The notes under the pieces were generated by a model. That model worked only from the letters and a program-made list of their open reading frames with translations. It ran no database searches and had not been told where the DNA came from. A program made the translations under genes and the position numbers. From IMG/VR virus record IMGVR_UViG_3300007177_000114: a stretch of DNA of 64,000 nucleotides; one strand, given 5' to 3'. Positions 1 through 9,117 of the stretch are shown here, piece after piece (the first letter of the stretch is position 1; each line of letters starts with the position of its first letter). The DNA comes from a virus (Duplodnaviria; Heunggongvirae; Uroviricota; Caudoviricetes).

Positions 1-1
1 C

Positions 2-118
2 ACCTGTTATGGCAGGTAAAGTTAGTTCAACTATAAATTTATTTGTTTGAAGAGTTCCAGATTTAGCTATTTGTGCGCTAAATCTGGCTATATTAAAACC
101 GTGTGAAGCCTCTGGCAT
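2..118 (-). CDS. N-terminal part of a tail tube/baseplate tube initiator (gp54/gp19-like), truncated by the window edge
   Basis: Not in the ORF track. ATG at 118-116 overlaps the gp2 stop (TAATG) and reads MPEASHGFNIARFSAQIAKSGTLPTNKFIVELTLP, open to the window edge. The F-x-I-x-x-F...G...N-x-F-x-V-x-L-x-x-P start is typical of gp19/gp54 folds. Confidence 0.55.
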   Translation of the reverse strand, partial: MPEASHGFNIARFSAQIAKSGTLQTNKFIVELTLPAITG

Positions 119-717
119 TAAACCACATTCCTTGAATCTCTATAGATTTGTTCTGTTGTTGCTTTCTTAAAGCTTTCTGAAGGGAGCATGAGAGCAGCAT
201 CCCAGTAAGTTGGTTCGACAGTTAGATATCTACTTCTAACATGTGCAAAGAGATATCGTTTTACGCAAGGTTTAAAATATTTAAATCTTGTTGCACTTTT
301 AAGGGTTCTATAAGATATATTCAATTTAGTATTTTCATTATATTTGGAATCAGATGCAATTGAATATAAAGCATCCATAAGTTTGGCTCTAAGAATTGGC
401 GGTAAATAGTGAAGATTTATTCCTAGGAAGCCATCAGTATATGATTCTATAACAAATATAAGTGGAAAGGCATCATAATATGGAAGTTCGTCTTTCCATT
501 TTGGATCGTAGAAAAACATAAACATTTTTCCGATATCATCAGATGATATCTTGGTCACGGTGTTTTTTCTGTCACGTACCAATCTATCACGGTCGACTCT
601 TGTTAAAGATCTTGCCGCTTCTCTAAACCAGGTACGAGTATCCTTTTGGCGAATTGTTTGATCAATCCCCTGCGTTTTACCCTGTTTAGCTAGTTGTTGA
701 AATACATACGCAACCAA
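118..717 (-). CDS. gp2: DNA end protector protein
   Basis: GKMFMFFYDPK...LPYYDAFPLIF...FLGINLHYLPP motif; adjacent to gp4. Confidence 0.9.
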   Translation of the reverse strand: MVAYVFQQLAKQGKTQGIDQTIRQKDTRTWFREAARSLTRVDRDRLVRDRKNTVTKISSDDIGKMFMFFYDPKWKDELPYYDAFPLIFVIESYTDGFLGINLHYLPPILRAKLMDALYSIASDSKYNENTKLNISYRTLKSATRFKYFKPCVKRYLFAHVRSRYLTVEPTYWDAALMLPSESFKKATTEQIYRDSRNVV

Positions 718-1158
718 TTATTTTATCCCTAAATGTTCTTCTGTCATAACTTGAAATTTCCACCCACGATCAGCACAATAGTTTTCAGCCGCTTGCCACT
801 TTGCTTTATTGACACCGTATGTAAATACTTCATTAATATATTTACGTGAAACTTTTTGTGGTTTTGTTGGCTCTTTTGTTTGTGCTTTTGGTTTTACTTC
901 AATCATAACAGTTTCACGTTTGCCTTCTTTATTTATTAGGCCAATAATAAAATCTGGAAAATAACGATGTATTCTATTATCAACTGGTGATCTATATGGG
1001 ATTGCAAGTTCTTCTGATTTCCACCAGAGCACATGTACTTTGTGATCCAAATACATCATCAGCTTAAGTTCCCACTGTGATCTATAGACAATCTTTGTCG
1101 GATCGCCTTTGTATTTCTCTGGATTTTTTGGTTTGAAGTAGCCTTGTTTATATCTCAT
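718..1158 (-). CDS. gp4: Head completion nuclease (TnsA-like PD-(D/E)xK)
   Basis: YKQGYFKPKNPEKYKGDP..IVYRSQWE, YFPDF and IEVKP motifs. Confidence 0.92.
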   Translation of the reverse strand: MRYKQGYFKPKNPEKYKGDPTKIVYRSQWELKLMMYLDHKVHVLWWKSEELAIPYRSPVDNRIHRYFPDFIIGLINKEGKRETVMIEVKPKAQTKEPTKPQKVSRKYINEVFTYGVNKAKWQAAENYCADRGWKFQVMTEEHLGIK

Positions 1159-1164
1159 TTCCGT

Positions 1165-1172
1165 GATAAATA
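1165..1172 (+). promoter_or_regulatory. Probable late promoter variant (GATAAATA) for the gp48-baseplate operon
   Basis: One mismatch to TATAAATA, 31 nt upstream of the gp48 ATG, in the divergent intergenic gap. Confidence 0.5.
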
Positions 1173-1186
1173 GAAAATAATAACTA

Positions 1187-1194
1187 TATTTATA
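1187..1194 (-). promoter_or_regulatory. T4-type late promoter for gp4/gp2
   Basis: TATTTATA on + equals TATAAATA on -, upstream of the gp4 start. Confidence 0.75.
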
Positions 1195-1203
1195 GAGGAA
1201 AAG

Positions 1204-2181
1204 ATGGCTTTACCAGCAATATTAGGTGCTCTGGCTGCAGGTTCTGCTACGGCGCAATTTGTAGATGCAATAACTGTTCAAAATACCTATTCACAACAAT
1301 TTCAACAATCATTGACTTTTCCAACAGATTTAGTGTTAACAAACGAAACACCGTATATAACATTTAAATTTGAAATTTATAAAAAAAGATCAATTTATGA
1401 AACTGTTAGCACTGAAACTATTGATAGAAATGGTACCGTAAGATTACCCGTGCCTAGAAATTTACAGGATAGTTTTTCTGTAACCTATAGCCAAGAAAAT
1501 TTAGGACCTGGTATCGGTGCACTAACAAATGCTATTGTAGAGGGAAGCCCAAGAGCTGGTCTAGAACAAGTTCCAGGTGGTTTAGCTTTGCAATTTGGTG
1601 AATCAGCAATTAGAAGATTTTCAAATACTCAGGGTGGTGGACTTTTATCACAAATAGCTGGGGTTGCTGCTGAAGGGGCAGGTGCTGCATATAATGCAAT
1701 CCAAAGCATATCTGGTGTGACACCAAATCCATTTCAAACAATACTTTTTAAAAATCCAAATTTCAAGAAACACCAATTTAGTTGGTCATTTATACCAAAA
1801 AGTGAATCTGAAAGCGAAATATTGAGAAGAATTGTAGAAACATTTCAATATCATATGCTTCCAGGTATTTCTAAAACTGCTAGTATATTTTTTACTTATC
1901 CTGGTATAGTTAGAATATTTTTAAATCCAAATACAAAATATCTTTATAAATTTAAACCTTGTGTGGTTGAATCATTTAGTGTAAATTATGCACCAAATGG
2001 TCCGGCATTCTATAGAAATACAACAGCTCCAGCAGCTCTTAATTTTAATATTACATTCCAGGAAGTTGAATTATGGACAAAGAATGACTTCTTGTCTGCA
2101 ACACCTGGTGGAAATCCACAAGAAATATTACCACCTTCAATTCGACAATTTCTATCTAATATTCCAGGTTTGGGTAGTTAA
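1204..2181 (+). CDS. gp48: Baseplate tail tube cap
   Basis: NPFQTILFKNPNFKKHQFSWSFIPKSESES...P region and C-terminal LNFNITFQEVE; synteny with gp53. Confidence 0.8.
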   Translation: MALPAILGALAAGSATAQFVDAITVQNTYSQQFQQSLTFPTDLVLTNETPYITFKFEIYKKRSIYETVSTETIDRNGTVRLPVPRNLQDSFSVTYSQENLGPGIGALTNAIVEGSPRAGLEQVPGGLALQFGESAIRRFSNTQGGGLLSQIAGVAAEGAGAAYNAIQSISGVTPNPFQTILFKNPNFKKHQFSWSFIPKSESESEILRRIVETFQYHMLPGISKTASIFFTYPGIVRIFLNPNTKYLYKFKPCVVESFSVNYAPNGPAFYRNTTAPAALNFNITFQEVELWTKNDFLSATPGGNPQEILPPSIRQFLSNIPGLGS

Positions 2182-2187
2182 TATTCA

Positions 2188-3054
2188 ATGACAGAGAAAT
2201 ATTTTGAAAAGTTTCCATTGATTCAATATGCAAATACCATTGCAGTTGATATCACTAGAAGCGCTAAAATTTTAGATTCAGTCTATAATAATCCACACCT
2301 TTATTATCTTTATGATATAAAGCAAGGAGAAAGACCTGACAGTATAGCGGATCGCTATTACAACGACCAGTATTCAGATTGGATTTTGCATTTATCAAAT
2401 AAAATAGTAGATCCATACTATCAGTGGTATCTTCAAAATGAAGATTTCAATGCATTTGTTGCTAAGAAGTATGGGTCTGTTCAATTATCACAACTAAAAT
2501 ATAAGTTTTATAGAAATAATTGGTATGAAAATCAAAATCCAATTACAGTGTCAACTTTTAATGCATTAACTGCAGGTGCAAAACAATATTACGAACCGGA
2601 ATATGGATTGAATACACTTTCAATCACACCGCTGCAATATAAAAGAAGAAAAGTAGATTGGACTATAGATACCAACTATCTGATAAAATATACTGTAGCA
2701 AATGGCTCTAATTTTTCTACTGATAATCTTGTAACTATAGCATATACTGGTGGTTCTAGTGGTTCTGGTCAAGTTGCGGCAAGCAATTCTACCGCTGTAA
2801 TTCTAAGATGTGTAGATAATATTCAACTGGTAGGAACTGGTACTCTCAGAAATAGAGAAACAGGAGCAAATACAACATTCACAGAACAAATATTTGTTGC
2901 CAATAATATTCCTGCAGATGAAGCTTCATTTTGGTCACCGGTAACTTATTTTGATTATGAAGATGAGATTAATGAAAATAACAAGTCGATTAGAGTAATG
3001 AACAAATCTTATTATAATATCATGGCCCAAAATATGAAAGATATAATTTCGTAA
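2188..3054 (+). CDS. gp53: Baseplate wedge subunit (LysM-like)
   Basis: YFEKFP..Y, Y.IKQGERPDSIADRYY....DWILHLSN.IVDPYYQW motifs. Confidence 0.88.
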   Translation: MTEKYFEKFPLIQYANTIAVDITRSAKILDSVYNNPHLYYLYDIKQGERPDSIADRYYNDQYSDWILHLSNKIVDPYYQWYLQNEDFNAFVAKKYGSVQLSQLKYKFYRNNWYENQNPITVSTFNALTAGAKQYYEPEYGLNTLSITPLQYKRRKVDWTIDTNYLIKYTVANGSNFSTDNLVTIAYTGGSSGSGQVAASNSTAVILRCVDNIQLVGTGTLRNRETGANTTFTEQIFVANNIPADEASFWSPVTYFDYEDEINENNKSIRVMNKSYYNIMAQNMKDIIS

Positions 3055-4271
3055 TGTCAAATACAGTAGGCGATATTTCAGTAGATACACTTCTTATATC
3101 ATCACCAAGAGGTAACTTAAACTTGTCATCAAGTTTTGTTGCCGCTTCAATATATGAAAGTGTTTTTACACCTGGTACTATTTGTGATATAATTGTACTA
3201 GATGCAACTGATTTTATTAGAACACTTCAAATTTCTGGTGATGAAACTGTTTTTTTCAAATTTAAATCATATGGTGGAGAGTTAGCATCATTTGTTTTTC
3301 ATTTGAATCAAATTAAAGATGTGCAATCAGTTGGTGCTCAAAAAGCCAAAATGTATTCTTTCCAGTGTATTTCAAAAGAGATTATGCACTCAAAGACAAA
3401 TTTAATTCAAAAACACTATAATTCTTTGTGTTCCGAAATGATTAAGGATATCCACACAAATTATCTTAAAAGCACTAAAAAGCTTGTAGATATTGAACCC
3501 ACAGCGATTCCACAAAATATTCTGATTCCTAGTTATACACCATATAAGGCAATAGCAACTATCAGAAGAAGATCAATTTCAAGAGAAAATAAATCATCCG
3601 TTTACACTTATTTTGAAACTAGAGAAAATAATGAGCAGGTATTTAAGTTTGTGACATTTGAAAAAATGTTTGCAGCTAATACTGTGAAGTCATTTACTCA
3701 ATCTGATGCTATTAATACTGATATTTTTGGTGTTGTACCTGACAATAATATTATTGCATATACAGTTCCAAATCAAATATCTTCTATTAACAAAATTAGA
3801 TATGGCGGTCCTAGAGCTGTGGCGCAATTGAATTTTACAACTCAAGAAGAAAAAAGAAATATTGTAAATACTTCAAATACTGATCCAAAAATGACCGCAA
3901 CATTCTTTAGTGAATTCTTTGATGGTGTCCGTAATCCACCTCAATCGGTCATTCCGGTAGATATTTCACAGAGATCAGTCACAAAGATTTCAGAAACAAC
4001 ACCTTCAATTGAAGCCTATATGGCTTCCCTTATCCAAAATTCAATGAAACTTAGAGTACCAGGAGATACTATTTTAGCACCCGGTCAAACTATAGACTGT
4101 AGAATACCGTCAAGAACTGGTCTTACATCACCTGTTAAAGATGATTCTGAAATGTCCGGTAAATTTCTTATAACAAGAATTCATCATAGAATCGGAATGT
4201 TAATCGAAAGACCAAGATACACATGTATAATAGAATGTATTAAAATAAACTATGAAAGCAATGTAGAATGA
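3054..4271 (+). CDS. Baseplate hub / tail protein (gp27/gpD-like)
   Basis: Lies between gp53 and gp5; IYESVF, VPGD..L.PGQ.I and SGKFLITRIHH motifs typical of hub proteins. Confidence 0.6.
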   Translation: MSNTVGDISVDTLLISSPRGNLNLSSSFVAASIYESVFTPGTICDIIVLDATDFIRTLQISGDETVFFKFKSYGGELASFVFHLNQIKDVQSVGAQKAKMYSFQCISKEIMHSKTNLIQKHYNSLCSEMIKDIHTNYLKSTKKLVDIEPTAIPQNILIPSYTPYKAIATIRRRSISRENKSSVYTYFETRENNEQVFKFVTFEKMFAANTVKSFTQSDAINTDIFGVVPDNNIIAYTVPNQISSINKIRYGGPRAVAQLNFTTQEEKRNIVNTSNTDPKMTATFFSEFFDGVRNPPQSVIPVDISQRSVTKISETTPSIEAYMASLIQNSMKLRVPGDTILAPGQTIDCRIPSRTGLTSPVKDDSEMSGKFLITRIHHRIGMLIERPRYTCIIECIKINYESNVE

Positions 4272-5896
4272 CAGAACGTAATTTAGGTGAAACAATTTCT
4301 TGGTGGGTCGGTACTGTTGTTGATGTTATGGATCCACATGAAGCAGGGAGACTAAAAGTACGAATCTTTGGAAGACATGACGATACAGTCAATATTCCAG
4401 ATTCTGCTCTTCCATGGGCTCTTGTAGTGCAACCAGCAACATCTGCTGCAATTGGTAAGATTGGAACTGCACCAGTCGGTGCTGTAAAAGGAACTAAAGT
4501 TGTTGGATTATGGGCCGATGAAGATCATCAATATCCAATAATTCTTGGTACAATTGGTAAATCAGGTGATCCAATTCCAGGTGAGTTTGAAAATGGTGCA
4601 CCAAAGATTGATTGGTCCTATGGTAGTATTCCTTCACCTGCACAGGCTTCTACTCCACACCCTTATAATCCATATGCACAAGTCAGTGGAACTCAACCTA
4701 GATATAGAGTATCAGATATTGATGCAGGTCGTCAATCAATAGCTAGCATTAGAAATAACGAAGGTATTCGAGTTACATATGCGGTTCAAGCTGGAATGCG
4801 TCATCAAAGAACACCAAGTATTGGTTTTGCAAATCCTAGAGATCGTCGAGATGTTTTAGATATATCTAGATCTGTAAATCCTCTTTCAATTGGATCTATA
4901 TTTCCGTGTTTACTTTTTAATATGATAAGTCTGAAAGATTTATTAGCATTTACCACCAGTTTGGTGTCTGCTGCAGCATCAGTCATACGAAATATTATTG
5001 TTGCGGCAATTCAGAATGCTATTCTCAATCTTGCTCAACGACTTGGTGTATTTAAAGTATTACAAGCCATAAATGAAATTGCAGGCCAAATTCAACAGAT
5101 TCAAGATTTGTTTAATGCTCTAAACATTCAAATTTGTGGTGTCAATCTTATTAATCAAGGTTTATTTGATGTTGGTAATCTAGCATTTGCCCAGGCTTTA
5201 AATGGTTTAAATAGTGTTACAGGTTTTGTTTTGGGCGGTGTCCAAAGTGCATTACAAGTTTCAAGTCAGGTTGCTTCAACTTTATTTGATAAAATCATTA
5301 CAAGACCAGCAATTGCTGTTTTAACACCAGACAGCCCTAGACCTATAGATTCTCTTGTTGTTGCAGCACCACCGTCAGATTATATAAGAAGATATTATGA
5401 TGGAGTTGCAGAACAAAATCCATTTCCGGGTTATGTTACATGGGTGGATCCAGTATCCGGTAGAACTGTATATGTAAGATCTCAAACTCCAGAATATAGA
5501 TCGGTTGCAGAACATATGCAGTTTGCTGTTGAAGATTATTTCTCAGAGGCAATTGCTTCTTCACTTCTATCAGGTCGTTTTAATCCGGCAGTATTAGCAC
5601 AAGCATTAATTGGTGCAACTGGCCTTGCGCAAACGTTTGCAGTTGCTTCTTATCTAGGTCAAAACTTCCAAGCATTGGCTAGAGGGGTTTCACCAGTATT
5701 GGCAGGTCTAGTAGGTGCAGCTTTATTTGTTAATATTTCACAAAATATAAGACCTGCATTGAGAGGAACAGTTCTGGAAGGATCTTTAGTGGAAAGAGCT
5801 GTTGATAATTTTGCCCAAGGTCAAGCATTATTAGCAAGAAGACTTAGGGATATTAGAGTTGGTATTGGTCAAAGAATAGAACAGGCGGTTTCATAA
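4268..5896 (+). CDS. gp5: gp5 N-terminal OB-fold protein with a non-lysozyme, helical hydrophobic C-terminal region
   Basis: WWVGTVVDVMDPHEAGRLKVRIFGRH...LPWA...G..VVGLWAD...PIILGTI is the gp5/VgrG OB fold; no T4 lysozyme motif recognised. Confidence 0.8.
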   Translation: MTERNLGETISWWVGTVVDVMDPHEAGRLKVRIFGRHDDTVNIPDSALPWALVVQPATSAAIGKIGTAPVGAVKGTKVVGLWADEDHQYPIILGTIGKSGDPIPGEFENGAPKIDWSYGSIPSPAQASTPHPYNPYAQVSGTQPRYRVSDIDAGRQSIASIRNNEGIRVTYAVQAGMRHQRTPSIGFANPRDRRDVLDISRSVNPLSIGSIFPCLLFNMISLKDLLAFTTSLVSAAASVIRNIIVAAIQNAILNLAQRLGVFKVLQAINEIAGQIQQIQDLFNALNIQICGVNLINQGLFDVGNLAFAQALNGLNSVTGFVLGGVQSALQVSSQVASTLFDKIITRPAIAVLTPDSPRPIDSLVVAAPPSDYIRRYYDGVAEQNPFPGYVTWVDPVSGRTVYVRSQTPEYRSVAEHMQFAVEDYFSEAIASSLLSGRFNPAVLAQALIGATGLAQTFAVASYLGQNFQALARGVSPVLAGLVGAALFVNISQNIRPALRGTVLEGSLVERAVDNFAQGQALLARRLRDIRVGIGQRIEQAVS

Positions 5897-6594
5897 TGTC
5901 AGATGTAGATTATAATAGAAGAAATCCGGACTCATCATTTAATACAGAATATCCTTATAATCAAGCAACAATTACTAGATCCGGGCATGAATTTTATATC
6001 AATGATGCGCCTGGAATGGAAAGTTTGCGTGTTGCACACACCAAAGGGTCTTTTGTTGAAATAAATGAAACTGGTAAATTAAATCTTGTTGCGGTGGATA
6101 AAGCATATTTTTATTATAAAGATGGCGTCACCGAAACAATTGATGGACATAAAGATATTATAATTGCAGGTGCACTCAAAAGCACAGTTGAAAATTCCAT
6201 GGAAGAAATAGTTTCAGGGAATAGATATAATACTATTGGTGGTGACGGTGTTCTTACAGTTGCTCAATCATATCAAGAAACAATACTTAATGACCATGGT
6301 GAAGTTGTTGGAGGTAGAAGAACTACTAGAATTGAAGGTAGTTCTGAATCCAGTATACTTGGTGATAAGGTGGAAACTGTTGAGGGTGTAAAGGTTGATG
6401 GTCTATCCAAAGATTGGTTTACCAAAGCAGGTGGTGGTATTGAAATGCAAGCAGATGGTACAGTTCGTTTTAAATGCAAACGGTTTGTAGTTGATGCAGA
6501 AGAAATAGTTCTCACCACATCTGCTGGTAATATTACAATAACCGCAGCAGGTATTATTAATGCTCGTGGTCAACAAATACATCTCAATGAGTAA
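5896..6594 (+). CDS. gp5 C-terminal beta-helix needle, encoded separately
   Basis: YPYNQATITRSGH.F..ND.PG.E.LR..HTKGSFVEI followed by 8-residue beta-helix repeats; start overlaps the upstream stop (TAATG). Confidence 0.8.
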   Translation: MSDVDYNRRNPDSSFNTEYPYNQATITRSGHEFYINDAPGMESLRVAHTKGSFVEINETGKLNLVAVDKAYFYYKDGVTETIDGHKDIIIAGALKSTVENSMEEIVSGNRYNTIGGDGVLTVAQSYQETILNDHGEVVGGRRTTRIEGSSESSILGDKVETVEGVKVDGLSKDWFTKAGGGIEMQADGTVRFKCKRFVVDAEEIVLTTSAGNITITAAGIINARGQQIHLNE

Positions 6595-6600
6595 ATAAAT

Positions 6601-6858
6601 ATGCCAAGTATACTAAGAAAAAATATAGATTTAGCTGGTGGTTTGATTATTACCGGTTCACCAAATGTTTTTGTAAATGGTGCTGCTGTAGTTCGTATAG
6701 GTGATACTGTAAATCCTCACGGTGATCATTCTACTTCATTTATGCTTACAGGTTCGTCTAAAGTATTTGTCAATGGTCTTGGAGTTTGTAGAGCAGGTGA
6801 TATGGCTTCATGTGGTGATTATGGTACTGGCGGTTCACCAAATACCTTTGCAGGATAG
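6601..6858 (+). CDS. PAAR-repeat spike tip (gp5.4-like)
   Basis: GSPNVFVNG.AVVRIGD, H, GSSKVFVNG..VCRAGD..SCG....GSPNTFAG. Confidence 0.9.
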   Translation: MPSILRKNIDLAGGLIITGSPNVFVNGAAVVRIGDTVNPHGDHSTSFMLTGSSKVFVNGLGVCRAGDMASCGDYGTGGSPNTFAG

Positions 6859-6863
6859 ATTAA

Positions 6864-7286
6864 ATGTCATCAAGAGCAGATAATATAACACAAATAACAA
6901 AAACCCCTGATATTTTTTCAGACTTTTTTACAGATTTTTCAAAGCATCCGGTCACCAAAGAATTAGCTAGACTTCGCAACGATCAATCTATAAAACAGTC
7001 TGTACGCAATCTTATATTGACAAATTATGGTGAAAGATTATTTCAACCAAATATTGGCTCAAATATCTACAGATCTTTATTTGAGCCCAATGATGTTATA
7101 GCGGCCGAAGATATTAGATATCACATTGAAACTACCGTCAGACAGAATGAACCCAGAGTCAATTTATTGCAAGTTGATGTATTTTCAAATCAAGAGAATG
7201 ATTCTATAACTATTAATGTGGTATTTGCGATATTAAGCACCAATCAAATTCAATCACTAGACGTGGTTCTTAGAAGAGTAAGATAA
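6864..7286 (+). CDS. gp25: Baseplate wedge subunit
   Basis: SIKQSVRNLILTNYGERLFQPNIGS...EPRV motif. Confidence 0.92.
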   Translation: MSSRADNITQITKTPDIFSDFFTDFSKHPVTKELARLRNDQSIKQSVRNLILTNYGERLFQPNIGSNIYRSLFEPNDVIAAEDIRYHIETTVRQNEPRVNLLQVDVFSNQENDSITINVVFAILSTNQIQSLDVVLRRVR

Positions 7287-7290
7287 TCAG

Positions 7291-9111
7291 ATGCAAAATA
7301 CATCCATTTCACTTGTATCACTAGACTTCGACACATTTAAAAGCTCACTCAAAACATATCTTAAATCACAAGACAGATTTAAAGATTATGATTTTGATGG
7401 TTCAAACATGTCAGTATTGCTTGATATTTTAGCATATAATACATATAAGAATGCTTTTTATCTAAACATGGTGGCAGCAGAGTCTTTTCTTGACTCTGCC
7501 CAAATTAGAGATTCAGTTGTTTCAAAAGCAAAAGAACTAAATTATATTCCTAGATCCAGAAGATCCTCTGTTGCAAATTTGAATCTACAATTTGCACAAT
7601 CAGGTCTACAAACATTTACCATCCCAGCAGGCACTAGATTCTCTGGCCAAAATTCAAATAATACATTTTCGTATATATCAAATCAAGCAGTCATTCTTTA
7701 TCCAAGTAATGGTTATTTTACTGCAACTGATTTTCCCGTCTATGAAGGTAGAATTTTGACCGAAGCATTTGTTATGGATTATTCTGTGGAAAGACAACGA
7801 TTCCTTCTTTCAAATCCACAAATAGATACAGACAGTCTTACTATAAATGTAAGTGAAGATAATGGAATTACTTTTACAGAATATACACCCACAACAAGTC
7901 TATTCAATCTTACCGCCAATTCAACTGTTTTCTTTATTCAAGGTGCAGAAAATAACAAATATGAAATAGTATTTGGTGATGGTATTCTTGGTAAAAGACC
8001 AATGGACAATTCTATTATCAGAGCACAATATAGAGTCACAAATGGTGCAGATGGTAATGGATCCACAAATTTTGTTCTTGATGATAATCTAGGCACAGTA
8101 AATGGTCTAGGCAATGCAGTTGTTCCAACTATAGTATCATCAGCTGCTTATGGTGGTGCTGAGAGAGAATCTATAGATTCAATTCGTTATAACGCACCAA
8201 GACACTACGAGACACAAGAAAGAGCGGTCACAATAAATGACTTCAAGTCTCTTCTCTTAAGTCAGTTTACTAATATCAAAGCAGTAAATATCTATGGCGG
8301 TGAAGATGTAAAGGATTCAGTTCGTTATGGCAGAGTTTATGTAGTTCCGGTCACATATTCTGGTATCGTACTATCCACAAATGAAAAATCAAATATTGAA
8401 AAATATCTAAAAGACAGAACAGTACTGGGTATTACACCATATGTAATTGATCCTGAAACTCTTTATTTGGTCGTAAATTCAAATGTCAATTTTGATAAAA
8501 AATCCACTGCACTCACACCAACTGATATTGCTTCAATTGTAAAGTCTGCTATTGAGACTTATAATGTAAATACTCTTCTTGATTTCAATATTGAATTCAT
8601 GCTATCCGACTTCACAACTATGATTGATAATTCATATACAGCAATAAGTTCCAATGAAACCAAGATTCAGTTAAAGAAAATAGCCTCAATTGGTCTAGAT
8701 CAGGCTGCATATATTGCAATTGAATTTAATAATAAGATTATACCGGGTACTGTTATCAGTAGTGAATTTTCTGCTGGTGGTAGAACCTATAGATATACTG
8801 ACTACAATCCAAATAATAATACACTTTCAATAGTTCAAAATGCAAACGGCACCACCATAATAAATAGTTCTAAGAATATGTATCTCTGTGATATCACTGC
8901 GGTTGGTCAACAGACTTATACAGTAGCAGGAACAGTTGACTACGAACTCGGTCATATTGATTTAAATCTTATAACTGTAAATTCATTAAATGGGAATCTA
9001 GGTGTTGAATTTTATGCTACCCCTGCCGCAGAAAATATAAAGGCTGGTAGAAATGACTTGCTCACTATTGATGTGGAATATGGAATAAATGTTATTGCTA
9101 GAGAAGAATAA
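7291..9111 (+). CDS. gp6: Baseplate wedge subunit
   Basis: LDFDTFK..LK.YLKSQ..FKDYDFDGSNMSVLLDILAYNT; ESIDSIRYNAP...QERAVT..D. Confidence 0.93.
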   Translation: MQNTSISLVSLDFDTFKSSLKTYLKSQDRFKDYDFDGSNMSVLLDILAYNTYKNAFYLNMVAAESFLDSAQIRDSVVSKAKELNYIPRSRRSSVANLNLQFAQSGLQTFTIPAGTRFSGQNSNNTFSYISNQAVILYPSNGYFTATDFPVYEGRILTEAFVMDYSVERQRFLLSNPQIDTDSLTINVSEDNGITFTEYTPTTSLFNLTANSTVFFIQGAENNKYEIVFGDGILGKRPMDNSIIRAQYRVTNGADGNGSTNFVLDDNLGTVNGLGNAVVPTIVSSAAYGGAERESIDSIRYNAPRHYETQERAVTINDFKSLLLSQFTNIKAVNIYGGEDVKDSVRYGRVYVVPVTYSGIVLSTNEKSNIEKYLKDRTVLGITPYVIDPETLYLVVNSNVNFDKKSTALTPTDIASIVKSAIETYNVNTLLDFNIEFMLSDFTTMIDNSYTAISSNETKIQLKKIASIGLDQAAYIAIEFNNKIIPGTVISSEFSAGGRTYRYTDYNPNNNTLSIVQNANGTTIINSSKNMYLCDITAVGQQTYTVAGTVDYELGHIDLNLITVNSLNGNLGVEFYATPAAENIKAGRNDLLTIDVEYGINVIAREE

Positions 9112-9117
9112 TCAATA

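Noticed and set aside
57-87. 11-bp perfect inverted repeat (CCAGATTTAGC/GCTAAATCTGG)
   Set aside because: It lies inside a coding region with no U-tract, and about one such stem is expected by chance in an AT-rich 64 kb.
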